Part shown: one piece after another, positions 51,330-64,000 of the stretch
Layout of the letters: each line of letters begins with the position of its first letter
Position numbering within the stretch: position 1 is the first letter of the stretch
Origin: Azolla caroliniana
Lineage: Eukaryota > Plantae > Polypodiophyta
Length of the DNA: 64,000 nt
Reading direction: 5' to 3'
Assembly (NCBI GenBank): GCA_043228905.1
Contig: JBHGNT010000018.1
Coordinates: forward strand, 8,432,001 to 8,496,000
Program-made: the position numbers and the translations under genes
The notes under the pieces: generated by a model
Seen by the model: the letters and a program-made list of their open reading frames with translations, nothing else
Told to the model about the DNA's origin: nothing
The model's database searches: none

Positions 51330-53852
51330 GTGTTCCTAGCCCAAGTCATTGTTAGTACTAAATGTACTCCCCCAGTACCCGTCCTAGCACTTTTAGATTC
51401 CGTAGCTAATTCCTGTTTCATGGATCAAAATTTTGCCCAAGCTTCTCAAATATCCTTAAGAAAACTTCCTTGTCCCGCATCTGTAGTAGTCATTGATGGT
51501 CGTCCCATTGCTTCCGGGAATATTGTAGAAGAATCAGAACCCATTCAAGTTGTCCTAGGTAGTTTTGTGTGTGTAGTCATTTAATATAATTAGTAGTCTA
51601 GAGCATCCCATTGTCCTAGGATTACCTTGGTTTGAATTACATAATCCAGCCATAGATTGGAGAACAAGAGAAGTCCAATATCGACAACCCCAAGAATCTA
51701 CTCACCGAGTTTCGACCATTTCACTCCATCAATTACGCGAAGGACACAAGGAGGCAATGTTCCTATTTGCAATATCAATACATCCTTCCAACACTATTAA
51801 GAAGGAATCCTCAGTACAACTTCCGGCAAAATATCATCCTTATGCCGATGTATTTGACAAGGTAAAAGCCGGTACCCTTCCTCATCACCATCCCTATGAC
51901 TGTCCCATCGATTTACAACCAGGAATCGAGCCACCATGGGGACCAATTTACAACTTGTCACTCACCGAGTTAGAAGTCCTTCGAACCTACATAGAGGAGA
52001 ACTTGGCAAGCAGGTTTATCCGTCATTCGAAATCTCTAACCGGTGCACGCATCTTCTTTGTCAAGAAGAAAGATGGCTCACTTCGTCTCGTCGTTGATTA
52101 CCTCGGATTGAATAAGGTCACCATTCAGAATAGGTATGCACTTCCTCTTATATCAAGTCTTTTAGAGCGAGTTAATGGTGCAAAGTTTTTTACCAAAATC
52201 GATCTACGAGGAGCATATAACCTCGTGCGAATCCGACCGGGAGATGAATGGAAGACCGCCTTTCGCACGCGGTATGGGCATTTCGAGTATACTGTAATGC
52301 CGTTCGGCCTAACCAATGCACCTGCAATCTTCCAACATATGGCAAATGATATATTTAGAGACCTCTTGGATATCTGTTTGATCATCTATTTGGATGATCT
52401 ATTGATTTATTCGAAGACCCAGGAAGAACATGATTCTCATGTACTATTAGTACTAAAGCGACTCCGCGAGAATGGTCTTTATGCCAAGCTAGAAAAATGT
52501 AGCTTTGACTGCAAGCAAGTGGAATTTCTAGGCTACGTCATCTCCTCAAAGGGCATTGCCATGGATCCAGCTAAAGTCCAAATTGTACTAGAGGCAAATT
52601 CCACGGTTGGTACGAGATGTACAATGTTTTCTAGGTTTTGCTAACTTCTACCGTAAGTTTATACAGGATTACTCGAAGATTATTGTACCTCTCACACAAC
52701 TTACGAAGAAGGGACAAGCATTTCTTTGGTCCAATGAAGCAGATATGGCTTTTCAGCATCTTAAGAAAGCCTTTACATCAGCACTGATTCTAGTTCACGT
52801 GGATACAAGCAAACCATTCATCATGGAGGCCGACACATCAGATTTCACCCTCGGTAGCATCCTTTCTCAACAAGGAGATAAAGAAGAGTTACGTCCTGTG
52901 GCTTTCCATTCGCGCAAATTCGATGTCGCAGAAATCAACTGCGAAATACATGACAAGGAGTTATTAGCCATCATGGATTCATTTGTGCAATGGAGGAATT
53001 TCTTAGAGGGCTCTCCACATCAGGTCATTGTCTTTAGTGATCATAAAAATCTTGCTTATTTCCAGAACACTCGTGTACTAAATCGACGGCAAGCTCGGTG
53101 GCCTCAATTCCTCACGCGTTTCGACTTCAAAATCACATATCGATCGGGGAAGCAGCAAGGAAAAGTAGATGCACTATCACGGCGTTCATATCTTGCACCT
53201 CGTCCTGGTGATCCAGCATTTGATAATCAAAAGCAAGTAATCTTGGGACCAACACGATTGTACACAACGCGGATTTTTCACACCCCGATGGATTCACGGA
53301 TTACCGATGACATACGTGCAAACTTGAAGACAGATAGTTTTGCTCAAGACATCCTGACGCACATTGATACTTCTCGGGCATCCTGTTCTCAGTCTCAACA
53401 ACTAGGTATTGACTACCGACAATTCGAATATCATGATGGTTTGTTATTCTTTAAAAAGCTTGTATATGTCCCCGATTGCTCCGGTCGCCTTCAAATCGTC
53501 CAGAATTGTCACGACACCCATACGATGGGACATTTCGGTAGTACTAAGACGTTGGATCTAGTGCAACGATCTTTTTGGTGGCCCCACATGCGCCGTTTTG
53601 TCGACGACTACGTTCGGACTTGTGATGCTTGCTGTCGAGAAAAGATGCCACGACACCATCCATATGGCTTGCTGGAACCCTTACCGATTCCAAACCCTTA
53701 TCGATTGGCTCGGTTATAGTCCGAGCAATCATACTTGGGAACCCGTCGAGTATGTTTCCAATGCTCAGGATCTTCTTGCTGATTTCCATCGAAAGTATCC
53801 GGACAAACCTGGCCCGCAATCAGCGCTGACTCGTTCCACTCGTCGTCTTTAA
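51330..53852 (+). pseudogene. Chromovirus pol (PR-RT-RH-partial INT-chromodomain)
   Basis: ORFs 51330, 51757, 52607 and 53598; integrase catalytic core is absent. Confidence 0.9.
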
Positions 53853-55481
53853 GGGGGAGATAGTGTCATGATATGACAAGACTCGAACCCATGACCTTAT
53901 GCTACATGGGTCGAGCTCTTAGCATTAGACTATGAATTGTAATTTGTAGGATATTATTTTCAGTTATGCTTTATCATAGAAAATTGATCTTACGCAGTCC
54001 CATCCTCTTAGTACTAATAGTAGTTATCTTCTCTAGTACTAATTCTGTCTTTGTTTAGTACTATTCCTGACAAAGCCCTAGGAGCCGACAAGCTTTGACA
54101 ACTCATGTCAGACCTTGGATTGACGATCCCTGACTTGCCAAGCTTGAGGGGGAGTACAAGCGAGAACCGGATACCGTTCGAACTGGGTATGAGCCGAAGT
54201 GGACATTGATGATCGTCCGAACTGGATACCAGCCGAAGCGAACATCAACCGAAAGGAACCAACCCGAGTTGAGCTTGAGGGGGCGTGTTGAAAATCAAGC
54301 TCAACAAAGTGCAACGTGTGAACACACCCTTTGAGAATCTATAATCACTCAAAGGTCAAGAGTCACACCACTACTCTCTACACAATTACTATGTGTCATA
54401 GAATCATATTCTATAACACATAACTTATGAGTTCTATATTCCCCATGACGACGAGTCTTCACATTTCCCAAGAGAGAGTAGTTGTTGTAGTGAGTTAATG
54501 AAGAGCGAGGATGACCTTATATAAATCATCCTTCTCGTACTTCATACTAAGCTGGTTGTGACTCCTTGTAATGCTACATTTTGTATTTGCCATTTTACTT
54601 GTTAATATACACCTTCTTGAGTATTCTATTCTCCATTCTATCTAATCTATCTTGTGTTTCTCTTCTCTCATCTCTTTCCTCTGACACATACACATAACAC
54701 ACATCTCTTACGCTTCACAAGATTCATGTTCGATTCTTTACACAGTTTATATAACTTCATGGGGCTCGTGATCATTATTTAGACTGTCCCACTTCGGGTA
54801 GGATCACGACTGGAGAAATAAGAAGACTATGTTGCGGGATCGGCCACAAGCAATCCTTATATACGTCCTTTACCAAACTGTATATAGGAAATAGAGATGA
54901 GACAAAACACTGAAGTTGCCCACAAGATCTATATATATTCGATTAAAGTGTCGCATACAGATACAAGTGCTGAGTATATTCGGTAACACTCAATCTCTAT
55001 CAATCTATTCCTATCGGTCCTCTATATCTCCCCCTCCTGTGTTCGGTAATCTCCGATATATATAGCTTCCTTCTACTTGGCGCTTTCCACCTGTTCCTTC
55101 CTTGATATTCAACCTACCTTGTTTTGGTTGTTCGTTCTCGGCTTCCTTTGGTTCCTTTCACACTTGTCACACTTGTACCATCGGGTAACACTACTCTCAC
55201 TCACTCACTCACTCTCTCTCACTCTCACTCTCTTATTGTATTCTGTGTTCTGTGTTAACAAACTGTTCATCTTCCAGATAATCGACTGATTGTTGGTTCA
55301 TAAGCTTCCGCATTTAACTTTTTACAACATTCAATTATATTTGTTAGAAAGCAAGGATAGCTTATAAAAAATGCAACCAAAAACCAATAAATATGATAGA
55401 ATTCTTAGAGACGCAAGGGGAAGAAAAAGGGAAGAAAAAGTATTGAATCTAGAAGTAGTGACACAAGAAGAGTCTTAGCGT

Positions 55482-56134
55482 TGTCGTAGTGTACAAAGTA
55501 CACTACGTAAATAATGTGTGGAGTACCCAATTGACTAAGTATAAAGAAATAGGAGAAAATACTACAATAATTATGTTACATGCACAGGTCAGGGTTTGAA
55601 CCCTATACCTCCATGTTACCAATTTTAAGCCTTATCATTGTACTAGCATATTATGAGTTTTGAATTTATACTAAACTTTATCCCATATAAATATTCTAGA
55701 TAAGCATGATAGAAAAAGTTATTCATGCATACACACTCGAGTTAAATGAAAAGATGCGATAGAAAGCTAATCATGCACATGTAGTGTGCATGAAAACTAA
55801 AGTTAGAAAAGGCATGATGCTTGCATGTGGTAAACTTAGACTCTTCCATCGCTATATAAGGAATAGTGAAAGATGTATATGTTGTTGATTTTTTTTATAA
55901 GGGTTGATTAATATATTATATTCGTGGGATTCACGAATTTACCATCTATTTCTCTCTTGCAATCTAAATTCATATTTTTTCCTAAACATTAATGAATACA
56001 CTATACTCGTGGGATTCACGAGTTTCATATCTTTCTTTCTTATAATCTATTCATATTCATAATAAAACTCGTCTCAAATTCTTTCTCCTCCTAGTCCAAA
56101 ACCCCAGCGGTTCCCACCCGACTCACACAACGAT
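55482..56134 (+). repeat. Family A LTR copy, missing ~20 bp of its 3' end
   Basis: Starts TGTCGTAG; collinear with 3725-4355, including a diverged tRNA-like cassette at ~55582-55650. Confidence 0.88.
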
Positions 56135-56724
56135 TGTGCTTTTTTTGTGTATGGTTGTGCTTAAGATACAAGGAGTTTTTATTAAGTGTTGTTTTCTCAA
56201 GGGTGGTATGGGAGAATGAGATGAAGACGATGTTCAGTAACTTGAATATGAATTTGTATTGTAGTCTAGATATTCCATCTTTCGACACCTTGTCATAGGA
56301 TGAGCTCATGTTTCACCAAAAGTTGGCACTTCAAAGGGTTATGGGAGAGCTTGTACCTTGTACATTTACTGAATGTAGTGTACAATAGTTCAAGCTAGGC
56401 ATTTTGTTTTGTTTTCCTTCAAAGATTTCTAAAGGCTACAACTTGAGCTTGTCTACCTAGAAGCTTACAATTTTATTTTATTTTTTCCAAACAATATATA
56501 CTTCCATTAGTTTTTAAAAAGGCATATTAGCTACAACATACAAAACAATTCCAAACAAACATGTTTTCATATGACATCCTCTCAGGCTCATCAACAAGCA
56601 TATTCCTTTGTAAGCTTTACGTAATTGGGTATGTATAGCTAAAACAAAGTACTTAGTTAAGTCCACACTTGAAAGCAACTTCTTATACCAAGCATCATAT
56701 GCATGTGAATCATCACCATTACTC

Positions 56725-57025
56725 CCAACATGTAAGGAATAATTAGAATCCAACTCCCAAAGTGAGGGTTTCTCTTCCATACCTCTAAAAAAAATAATAG
56801 TATTATGAGCAGTAGATCCACCATATTGTAATACCAATGGATCTCCCATATTTTGATACATATCCATCAGAGCAGATTCTGCTATACTGTTGTGTGGATC
56901 AACCTTGGGAATATCTGACAAGCCCAAGAAGAATAACCGATGACCTAAGGCAGCCAAGCCATAAGAATATTGAGCAACATTTTTCCAATTGAAGCTGTCA
57001 ATACAGTTTTTTCTCAAAACCCCAA
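56725..57025 (-). pseudogene. SAC/FIG4-type phosphoinositide phosphatase fragment
   Basis: GVLRKNCIDS..NVAQYSYGLAALG...LMDMYQNMGD.LVLQYGGSTAHN...KPSLWELDSNYSLHVG; the catalytic CX5RT motif is degenerate. Confidence 0.85.
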
Positions 57026-57179
57026 TATGATATTTTTGTTTCTTTCTATCCCTATCATCATTTTGACCCTCCTTTTGTATAAATTCAATATGTTTAGTGC
57101 TCTTTGGTTCAATTTTTGTTAACTTTGGCAATTAAGTTAAGTCAATCAAAGATTCTCTCAAATCTTTAGTTCAAGCTAG

Positions 57180-57800
57180 GCATTCCACAATGAATGGTAG
57201 CATAGGCCATCAATGTAGGATTTGACTCAATTTTGCAGGTTGGATGCAAAGATGTGATCAGGTCCTTGTCGGGATGTCCTCAGGGTATTAGTGAAACTGA
57301 ACAAAATTTGTTTGTAAGTGCAAGTAAATATGCCAAAATCTATGGCAAAACGTTGTTTTGTGTTAGTCTTCTTAGACTATCTATATCTTATTGTACCCCA
57401 AGAAAACATTGATAAAGCTTATAACATTTTTTTCGGCCACCAAGTACATGCTCAATATAGTTACAAATTGTTGCTTTGGCGACCCAACAATAGTCTATGC
57501 ATATTCGGATTTCTCTATTCGTTTTGGAGACAATAATGATTGGAAACACCCATGTGGTATGCTCAATGGGATATATTATGCATGCCGATAACATCTTCAC
57601 GATTTGTGTATGCATTGTGTGGATGCATCAGGCGAGGTCTTTGCAACATTGGTCATGCATTTTCTCTCAAGGGGATAGTATGGGATACTACCTTTTGAGG
57701 TATGCTTTTCATGTCTCCACAACCCCGCGGGAATACATCTTTGAATTCTTATAAGAGTCTAGTTAAAGTGTCTCCCTCTACTTATGAGAAGCTATTTGAG
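57180..57800 (-). pseudogene. Degenerate Gypsy RT remnant
   Basis: IIYPIEHTTWVFPIIIVSKTNREIRICIDY. Confidence 0.7.
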
Positions 57801-59099
57801 ATGAATGCTACTTTACAAATTTTGTCATCCATAGTTTAATCTCCGTTACTTTAGATGGGCCTTTTCATGTCTGACTCACTCATATTACTTATATTGCTTA
57901 TTAAGGTCTACATCAAATGGCAAAGCAAGACCTTAGGTCAAACAATTGAAAGTGGGCAAGGAAATCTACCTCCTCTAGTAATATTGGTGACTTGGTAGGG
58001 GTTGTACTAGTTGTGAGGGGTATTTTGGTTAACCATTTTGTTGCTGTGAGGTTAAGGTTGGCTAGGAAAATAAGGTCAATGAAGGTTTCTTCTTCTTTGA
58101 CTTTTTTTCTGGTTAAAGGGGTCAAGGTTAAAACAAGAAATTATCTAACGGTCTTCTTCATAGCCTCGGGTACCAATTGGGCACATCACATCGGTGATTG
58201 CAAAGATATACACCCATTGCATATCTAAGGATGTTTAGGTAGTGTGCTTAGCGTCACTATGAGCTTTTAGCCAATGTTCAAGGTCACGATTGAAATGTTG
58301 ATCCCTCTCTTGCTTCTTTTGGATGGCACCTGAGTAAGTTCATTTCAAACTCTGTTCTAGTTTAGTGGGCATCCATAAGAGGGATCACTTCTTATTGATG
58401 ATCCTTTTGAGTGTAGACGTGAATTCTATAGGTCTTATTATTTCTTCACATGTAGATTCTCGAAATGCCAACTTCCATGACCAACCTATCTACTCAAGGA
58501 AACGTCTTCTTAGTAGGCTGTCATGTGCTATTTAGTTAGTGTCACTATGAAGGTGAGGTCGTATGAAGGTGAGGAAGAACTTGACTTCGTAGACCGAAAA
58601 TTTATGGTACAAACCGAAATAGAGACAACCAATTGGGATGGTTGCTTGGTTTTGACTTCTACATTTTCCTTTTCCTCTATACCCATGGTTATCATTGGAC
58701 CATGCTCATGAGGGTACTATGGACAAGAAATCTTGTGCTTGTTGATTGGGGGAATTCGAGGGTCTTGCAAGTAATGACTCTTCGTTCTAATTGAATCAAG
58801 TTCATTAAACCATTTGGTTCTAATATTTCTAATTTGTCTAACATTTTGTAACCCTATTTGGGCCTTGAAGTTGAAGATTTTTGGGGGAGTCATTTGTGGT
58901 GTGCCTCATTGCCCCATGACTGCATGCCTTTGCTCCTATGTTGGTAGGCGTGTGGGGCTTTCTTGTGCTTCACCAGAGCACGTCTATATATTGGTCTAAG
59001 CTCCGAACCGGAGTATACCCTTGTGGTGGGGAGATCAGCAAAGGTGGTTGTTGAACACCTTCGAGCTAATGCTTACTTAGCTTAACTATTAGTGCTTAA

Positions 59100-59100
<1 letters not shown>

Positions 59101-59147
<47 letters not shown>
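59101..59147. repeat. (CT)n microsatellite
   Basis: Direct reading. Confidence 0.9.
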
Positions 59148-59151
<4 letters not shown>

Positions 59152-61951
59152 ACATAGACATGAATGTACAGACAAGGAAGATATAAGAATGACACAAAAT
59201 TTCTGATTACAAAGAGGTTTAGCACCATAAAAGAGGAGTCAATTAGGGTTTTTCTTGCTTAGCTCTTAATCTAATCTCTCTTATGTCTAATGGCGGATTA
59301 AAGGGATATAGTGGGAGCTCACTTAAGATTGGAGAAAACCTACAAAAGTCACCAAAAGGTAATTGAGCTCCTTTCACATAAGGTTGCCCATTGTCTTACA
59401 TTGCTTCCTATTTGGTTTGTTCTATAGGTTAGTTGAGCTAAGTGTCCCTTGTTGGTGCCACTATGAATGTGAGGATAGTGTCAACATGTTCATTAGAATT
59501 GGAATTGGGAACATCTTTTAGATCATACAATTGATCTTGCCCTTTGATGTTACATTTGTTTATAGCTTCACCTCACCATCCAACACCACTTGTTGAGTCA
59601 ATCTATACAATTTAAGTGAGCAATCATAACCGTTGGTTTAAACTAGAGCATGTTTCCGTAAACTTTTGTAAATTTTGGTGGGGTGATATATGTCACTCAT
59701 TCCTTTCTGTCAATAAAACACTAATAAGTCAACTAACCTTACATCATTAACCATATGGCTTTGACTTTTGTATTGGAAATTGTTTACTTCAATATGAAGC
59801 GAAATAATTCCATGCCTTTTACATCATGTATGTTTCACCTAACTCATTTGATTGTAATTTTAAGTTCAAAGCACTAAAGGTATAGAAAATATCACAAAGT
59901 TTTTGTTTGAAGGTATAATGGATGAACATGAAAAAAGAACATGATAAAGTGGTGAATCTACAACCAAAGGTGGGGGGACAAGATCCCTATGTTGGGGGCG
60001 TATAACCTGACAATGGGTGTACAACAAAAACATATAACTATATAAATTTATGTTTGTGTGTTTGCACACGTACAATTGAGAGGGGGGAGAAACAAAGTAT
60101 GATATATGTGTAAGTTTTATTTAATGGCGAAAATAGATGTTTCAAAGTTGTAATGAGAAAAGGCGATTGAGAATAACTTGACGAAAATCGCAAAACAAGA
60201 CGGGTAAAAAATTCAAACTTACAATATTGATCTTAATATGAACTTTTGCAACTCAATTGAGAGTGGGTCCATGGAGAATCTCATCTAGATTCGGGTAAAA
60301 GGACCTTTCGAAGTTGAGAAAGAAAGCATGCCCTAAATATAATATCATCAGAGATACAGTCAGTCGAACCAGCATGTCAAACTAGCATTATGTAGACATG
60401 TCAAACCAGCATTATGTATGCAAGTGTTAACTGGGGGTGGATTTTTAAATTAATATTATCACAAATAAAGGACAAAAAAATGTCAATGGAAAATAATGTG
60501 TAAGCAAAAACAAATGTTCTCGTATTCATATGAAACCAAACAAATAACATCGGTACACTTATGTGACTTATTAGGTTTTTTTCCTCTTCGTAAATGTTTA
60601 CACTTGAAATTGTATAACTATGTATATATTATTGTCTTGACATACAATAACTTGTATTCCTCCACATAGATCACCTTTACTTGCACTCTAAGGTTTTAAC
60701 AATCTTTGTACAAAGGTTTTCACCTTTTTCAACCCCACTTGTGTACCCCTATGTTGCTTCTAATTTCCTCGTTCTCTTAGTTTGAAAGAAGTTTAGATAT
60801 CCCGCCTCTCACTCGCACCCTTAACAACTTTGAAAGGCATGTCTTGTACGAGCTCCAAATTCTTTCACGCATTCACTTTCAATCCAAAAAGCAAGATGAA
60901 ATTATCCATAGGTCTTGGAAGATACATGTGTAATGAATCATTTAGAGAACCTTTTTATACAAGTTTTCTCCTTTTTACCAAGGAATCATGAAAATCTTTC
61001 TCTCATGATGAAAAAAATAAGCCTTCAAAAAATTGTTCTCCTAATCATTTATGTTTGTTGAATTGGCATTATATTGCAAGAACAAGAAGATCATGCCATT
61101 TCTTTTAATGGTTAAAAAAAGCTTTGAATATTGCATGTAGTAATTAAAAAGTTGGCCATCATTAGAGAGAAGGGGCATAGCTTGAAATGTTTAAACCACA
61201 TTTACACAAGATGTTATTTTAAAAGTCAATTCTGTTGGAGTCCATGTGAAGCCTTTTAAGTTTTAAGTAGATGAAGTATCCCTAGTCTTAGATGAAGCAT
61301 AACACAATAAATGATGATGGAAATTATTCAAAGGGTTGATAAAGTTGAACCAAAACTAATGCACATGATTAAGGTTATGACAAAGAGTGGCAGAGTTATT
61401 AAGTGCGCCACGATGCCAATATATGGTTAGAAATGCAATGAGGAAACATAGACTAAATCTCTAAAGAAGAGTAGCATCAAAATGTCCATGGATCCAAAGT
61501 CGATCTACTTGCGATAGTTATGATTCATATAGAATGTTAGTATTATGATAATGGTGGTGTTGTACAAAAAAAGGAAGAGTTAAAAATTGAAGAAAGCGAT
61601 AACAAAACTCTTAAAATAGTATATGCCATAGTTTGCGTATTTGAATAACAATTTCATCGCATTCTCATGTAGTATTAAATAGCATGACTTTATGACTATC
61701 ACTTGTTATGTGTGCATTCAAAATTTAGCATTTCCTCAATTGAAATAGAAATAGAAGATTAAATTAGAGTGAGCACAATTTACATTGAATATATTTACAT
61801 AGAATCTATGGTAGGTAATTTAGGCTCTATTTTACTATAAGTTTAATTTTTACATTTGTATTCAAATATCTTAATGTTTGTAAAGTGAGCCAAATTTGAG
61901 TATAGTGTGTCACTAAGAAAACTACAAATTTTTCAAATGTGGAAATACATG

Positions 61952-62112
61952 TGTAAATTCTTCAACATAAGATGGAGAGGCCTATTGTCCCTACCTTGTT
62001 CATTCACATAAAACTAGAAATAAAAATAATACAAACTTTAAAGAAATGGAGAGTGTCGGTGATGTTGTACAACAGAAGAAAATTGTGTGTGTGTGCATTT
62101 ACTTGCAAGATA

Positions 62113-62177
<65 letters not shown>

Positions 62178-64000
62178 ATGTTAGCAATATGAAAAATACA
62201 ACAGTAACTTAATTACAAAAGGGTTGGTTTAAATAACTTAGGGCAACTGCCCTTTCTACTATTTCCAAAACTAGCCTGAACCTAGGGTGTCCATTGTTAG
62301 TGTGAAAGCCACTACATTAGGGAAGTTGGATTTGACTCTGAACACGCCCCTTCAAACACAACTTCTAGTCGCCCGAAAGTCGTCTTTCTGTTTGGCTCGT
62401 TTCGGCTTTCGGAATTCCTCAATTTTGTGTTCAGATGGTCAGTCTGATTGGCTTTGACTGTTCTCCTATGTCTTCGGCTACCCTTTGGTCGGTTTGTTGC
62501 TACTCTTTTGGTCGTCTTCGATCGATTGATCAACTGTTATTCAATTGTTGCGTTGTGCTCATCGTTTGTTGTACTCCCCCTCAAGCTCGGCAATGCGGCT
62601 ATCATTAGGCCAAGGTCTATCATGAATTACTTGAGCTTGTTGACTCCTAAGGCCTTTGTAAAGATGTCGACTATCTAAAGGTTTGTGTTGATGTGCTACA
62701 GGTCCACATCTCTAGCCTGAACGTGCTCTCATATGAAGTGGTAGTGCACTTCGATATGCGTCGTGCGCACATGGAACACCGGGTTCCAAGCCAGATGAAT
62801 ACCACTCATGTTGTCCCAGTAAACGAGAATCAGATCCTTGATGGGAACGCCCAGATCCTTCAATGTTCTTTTTAGCCAAACGACTTCACATGCTGTGATG
62901 GCCATGGCCCTATACTCGGCTTCTGTGCTCAATAGTGCGATTGTCGGCTACTTTTTGTTGCTCCACTACCAAGGGAGAAGACAAACCCGGAGGTCGATCG
63001 CTTATTGGCCTTATACTCGGCCTAGTCTACATCTGTGTACCCTTTGAGTTGAACGATCGTGTCTAACTTATACATGATGGTGTAACCATCGTCCCTCTCA
63101 CGTACCTAAGTACTCTCTTAGCGCACTCTAGATGAATATCTTGAGGTTTCTGAATGAATTGGCTAAGTACACCTACCAGATAGCTAAGGTCGGGTCGTGT
63201 GATGGTAAGATAGATTAAGCTATTGATTAGCTAACGATACTGAGTCGGCTCGCACCCTCGTGTTACAGAGTCAACATTGAGCTTTAGGTTTCGATCGAGA
63301 GGGGTTGACACAAGTTTGCACTCTACCATCCCGAACTTGTATAGTAAGTTAAGAATGTAGTGCCATTGGGAGATCATGATCCCCACTAGTGTCTGAATTA
63401 CTTCTATCCCAAGGAAGTAATGGAGCTCGTGCATATCTTTCATTTCAAATATGCCGGACAAGAGCAATTTGAACTTATTGATGTCGGTTAGATTCCCGCC
63501 TCTGATTACCAGCTCATCCATGTACTGGATGATGACAATCGAACTTTCGAAATCGTGTCTTACGTAGAGGTAGTTTTTCGATTTTGAGTTTCGAAAGCCG
63601 ATTTGGTGAAGATACTGTATAATCTTCGAATGCCAAGCACAAAGTGCTTGCATGAGTCCGTAAAACAACGTCGTACGTTTGAGTGTATCCTTTTTGCTAC
63701 CTGTCATGCTTTGTAGCAGTTGACGGAGCCGTCGACATTACAATTGACCTTGTAGATCCATCTACTACCGATCGCTTTCTTGAGTGGTGAGTGGGGAGCG
63801 GGATCACATGTCTCGTTCTTGCATAACGTCTCCATCTCCTCGTTCATGACTTCCACCCATTGTGGATCCTTTGCTGCGTTGGAAAACATTTCCGGTTCTC
63901 GGACTATCGCCACTTCATCATAAAGGCATAGTAATATGCTATGTAGTCATTGTAGCTGAATTTGTTAACCAGGTTCTTCTCTCAAGTGGAGTGACAAAGT
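61952..64000 (-). mobile_element. Copia (related to copies 1 and 2) RT-RNaseH remnant with probable 3' LTR (~61952-62344); continues beyond the window
   Basis: FEMKDMHELHYFLGIEV, STEAEYRAMA, HIEVHYHFI; minus-strand PPT GAAGGGGCG then TGTTCAG at 62344; (GA)n 62116-62172 lies inside the LTR; LTR far end uncertain. Confidence 0.85.

Larger units (their letters stand above)
49552..54072 (+). mobile_element. Ty3/Gypsy chromovirus (Tcn1/Tf1-sushi-like), family C, nested in Copia copy 2
   Basis: TSD AAGCC; 5' LTR 49552-50010; gag with CLYCGGPGHIAINC; protease ALLDS; RT YLDDLLI; RNase H; integrase zinc finger; chromodomain DWLGYSPSNHTWEP; PPT 53851-53863; internally deleted 3' LTR 53864-54072. Confidence 0.95.
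44490..54742 (+). mobile_element. Ty1/Copia copy 2, with both LTRs and two nested insertions
   Basis: 5' LTR 44490-44946, PBS TGGTATCAAAGC 44947-44958, gag-INT-RT-RH pseudogene, PPT, 3' LTR 54286-54742; TSD CGGTT/CAGTT. Confidence 0.95.

Noticed and set aside
54810-54830. Self-priming PBS for the LTR at 54830-55329
   Set aside because: No tRNA PBS is visible, but no convincing complementary sequence was found inside the LTR either
60850-61680. hAT-like transposase remnant (also ~30600-33400)
   Set aside because: No diagnostic motif could be read with confidence

Overview
Eukaryotic plant genomic DNA; the transposon lineages and TPS sequence suggest a fern or other seed-free vascular plant (inference). 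It holds one intact host gene, a class II trehalose-6-phosphate synthase/phosphatase (CDS 26076-29284, 3 coding exons, 860 aa), in a ~18 kb island (17.5-36 kb) without intact transposons. Both flanks are dense nests of decayed Ty1/Copia and Ty3/Gypsy LTR retrotransposons, solo LTRs and Sola-like DDE transposase remnants, plus a captured SAC/FIG4 phosphatase fragment. Most notable: (1) three otherwise dissimilar LTR families each carry an antisense tRNA-like Pol III A-box/B-box cassette in U3; (2) a chromovirus (49552-54072) lacks a tRNA PBS and has a Tf1-type self-priming signal plus a -1 frameshift/pseudoknot signal; (3) an LTR element has a coiled-coil ORF running antisense through its PBS into the LTR. 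All coordinates were read by eye and no alignments or database searches were run.
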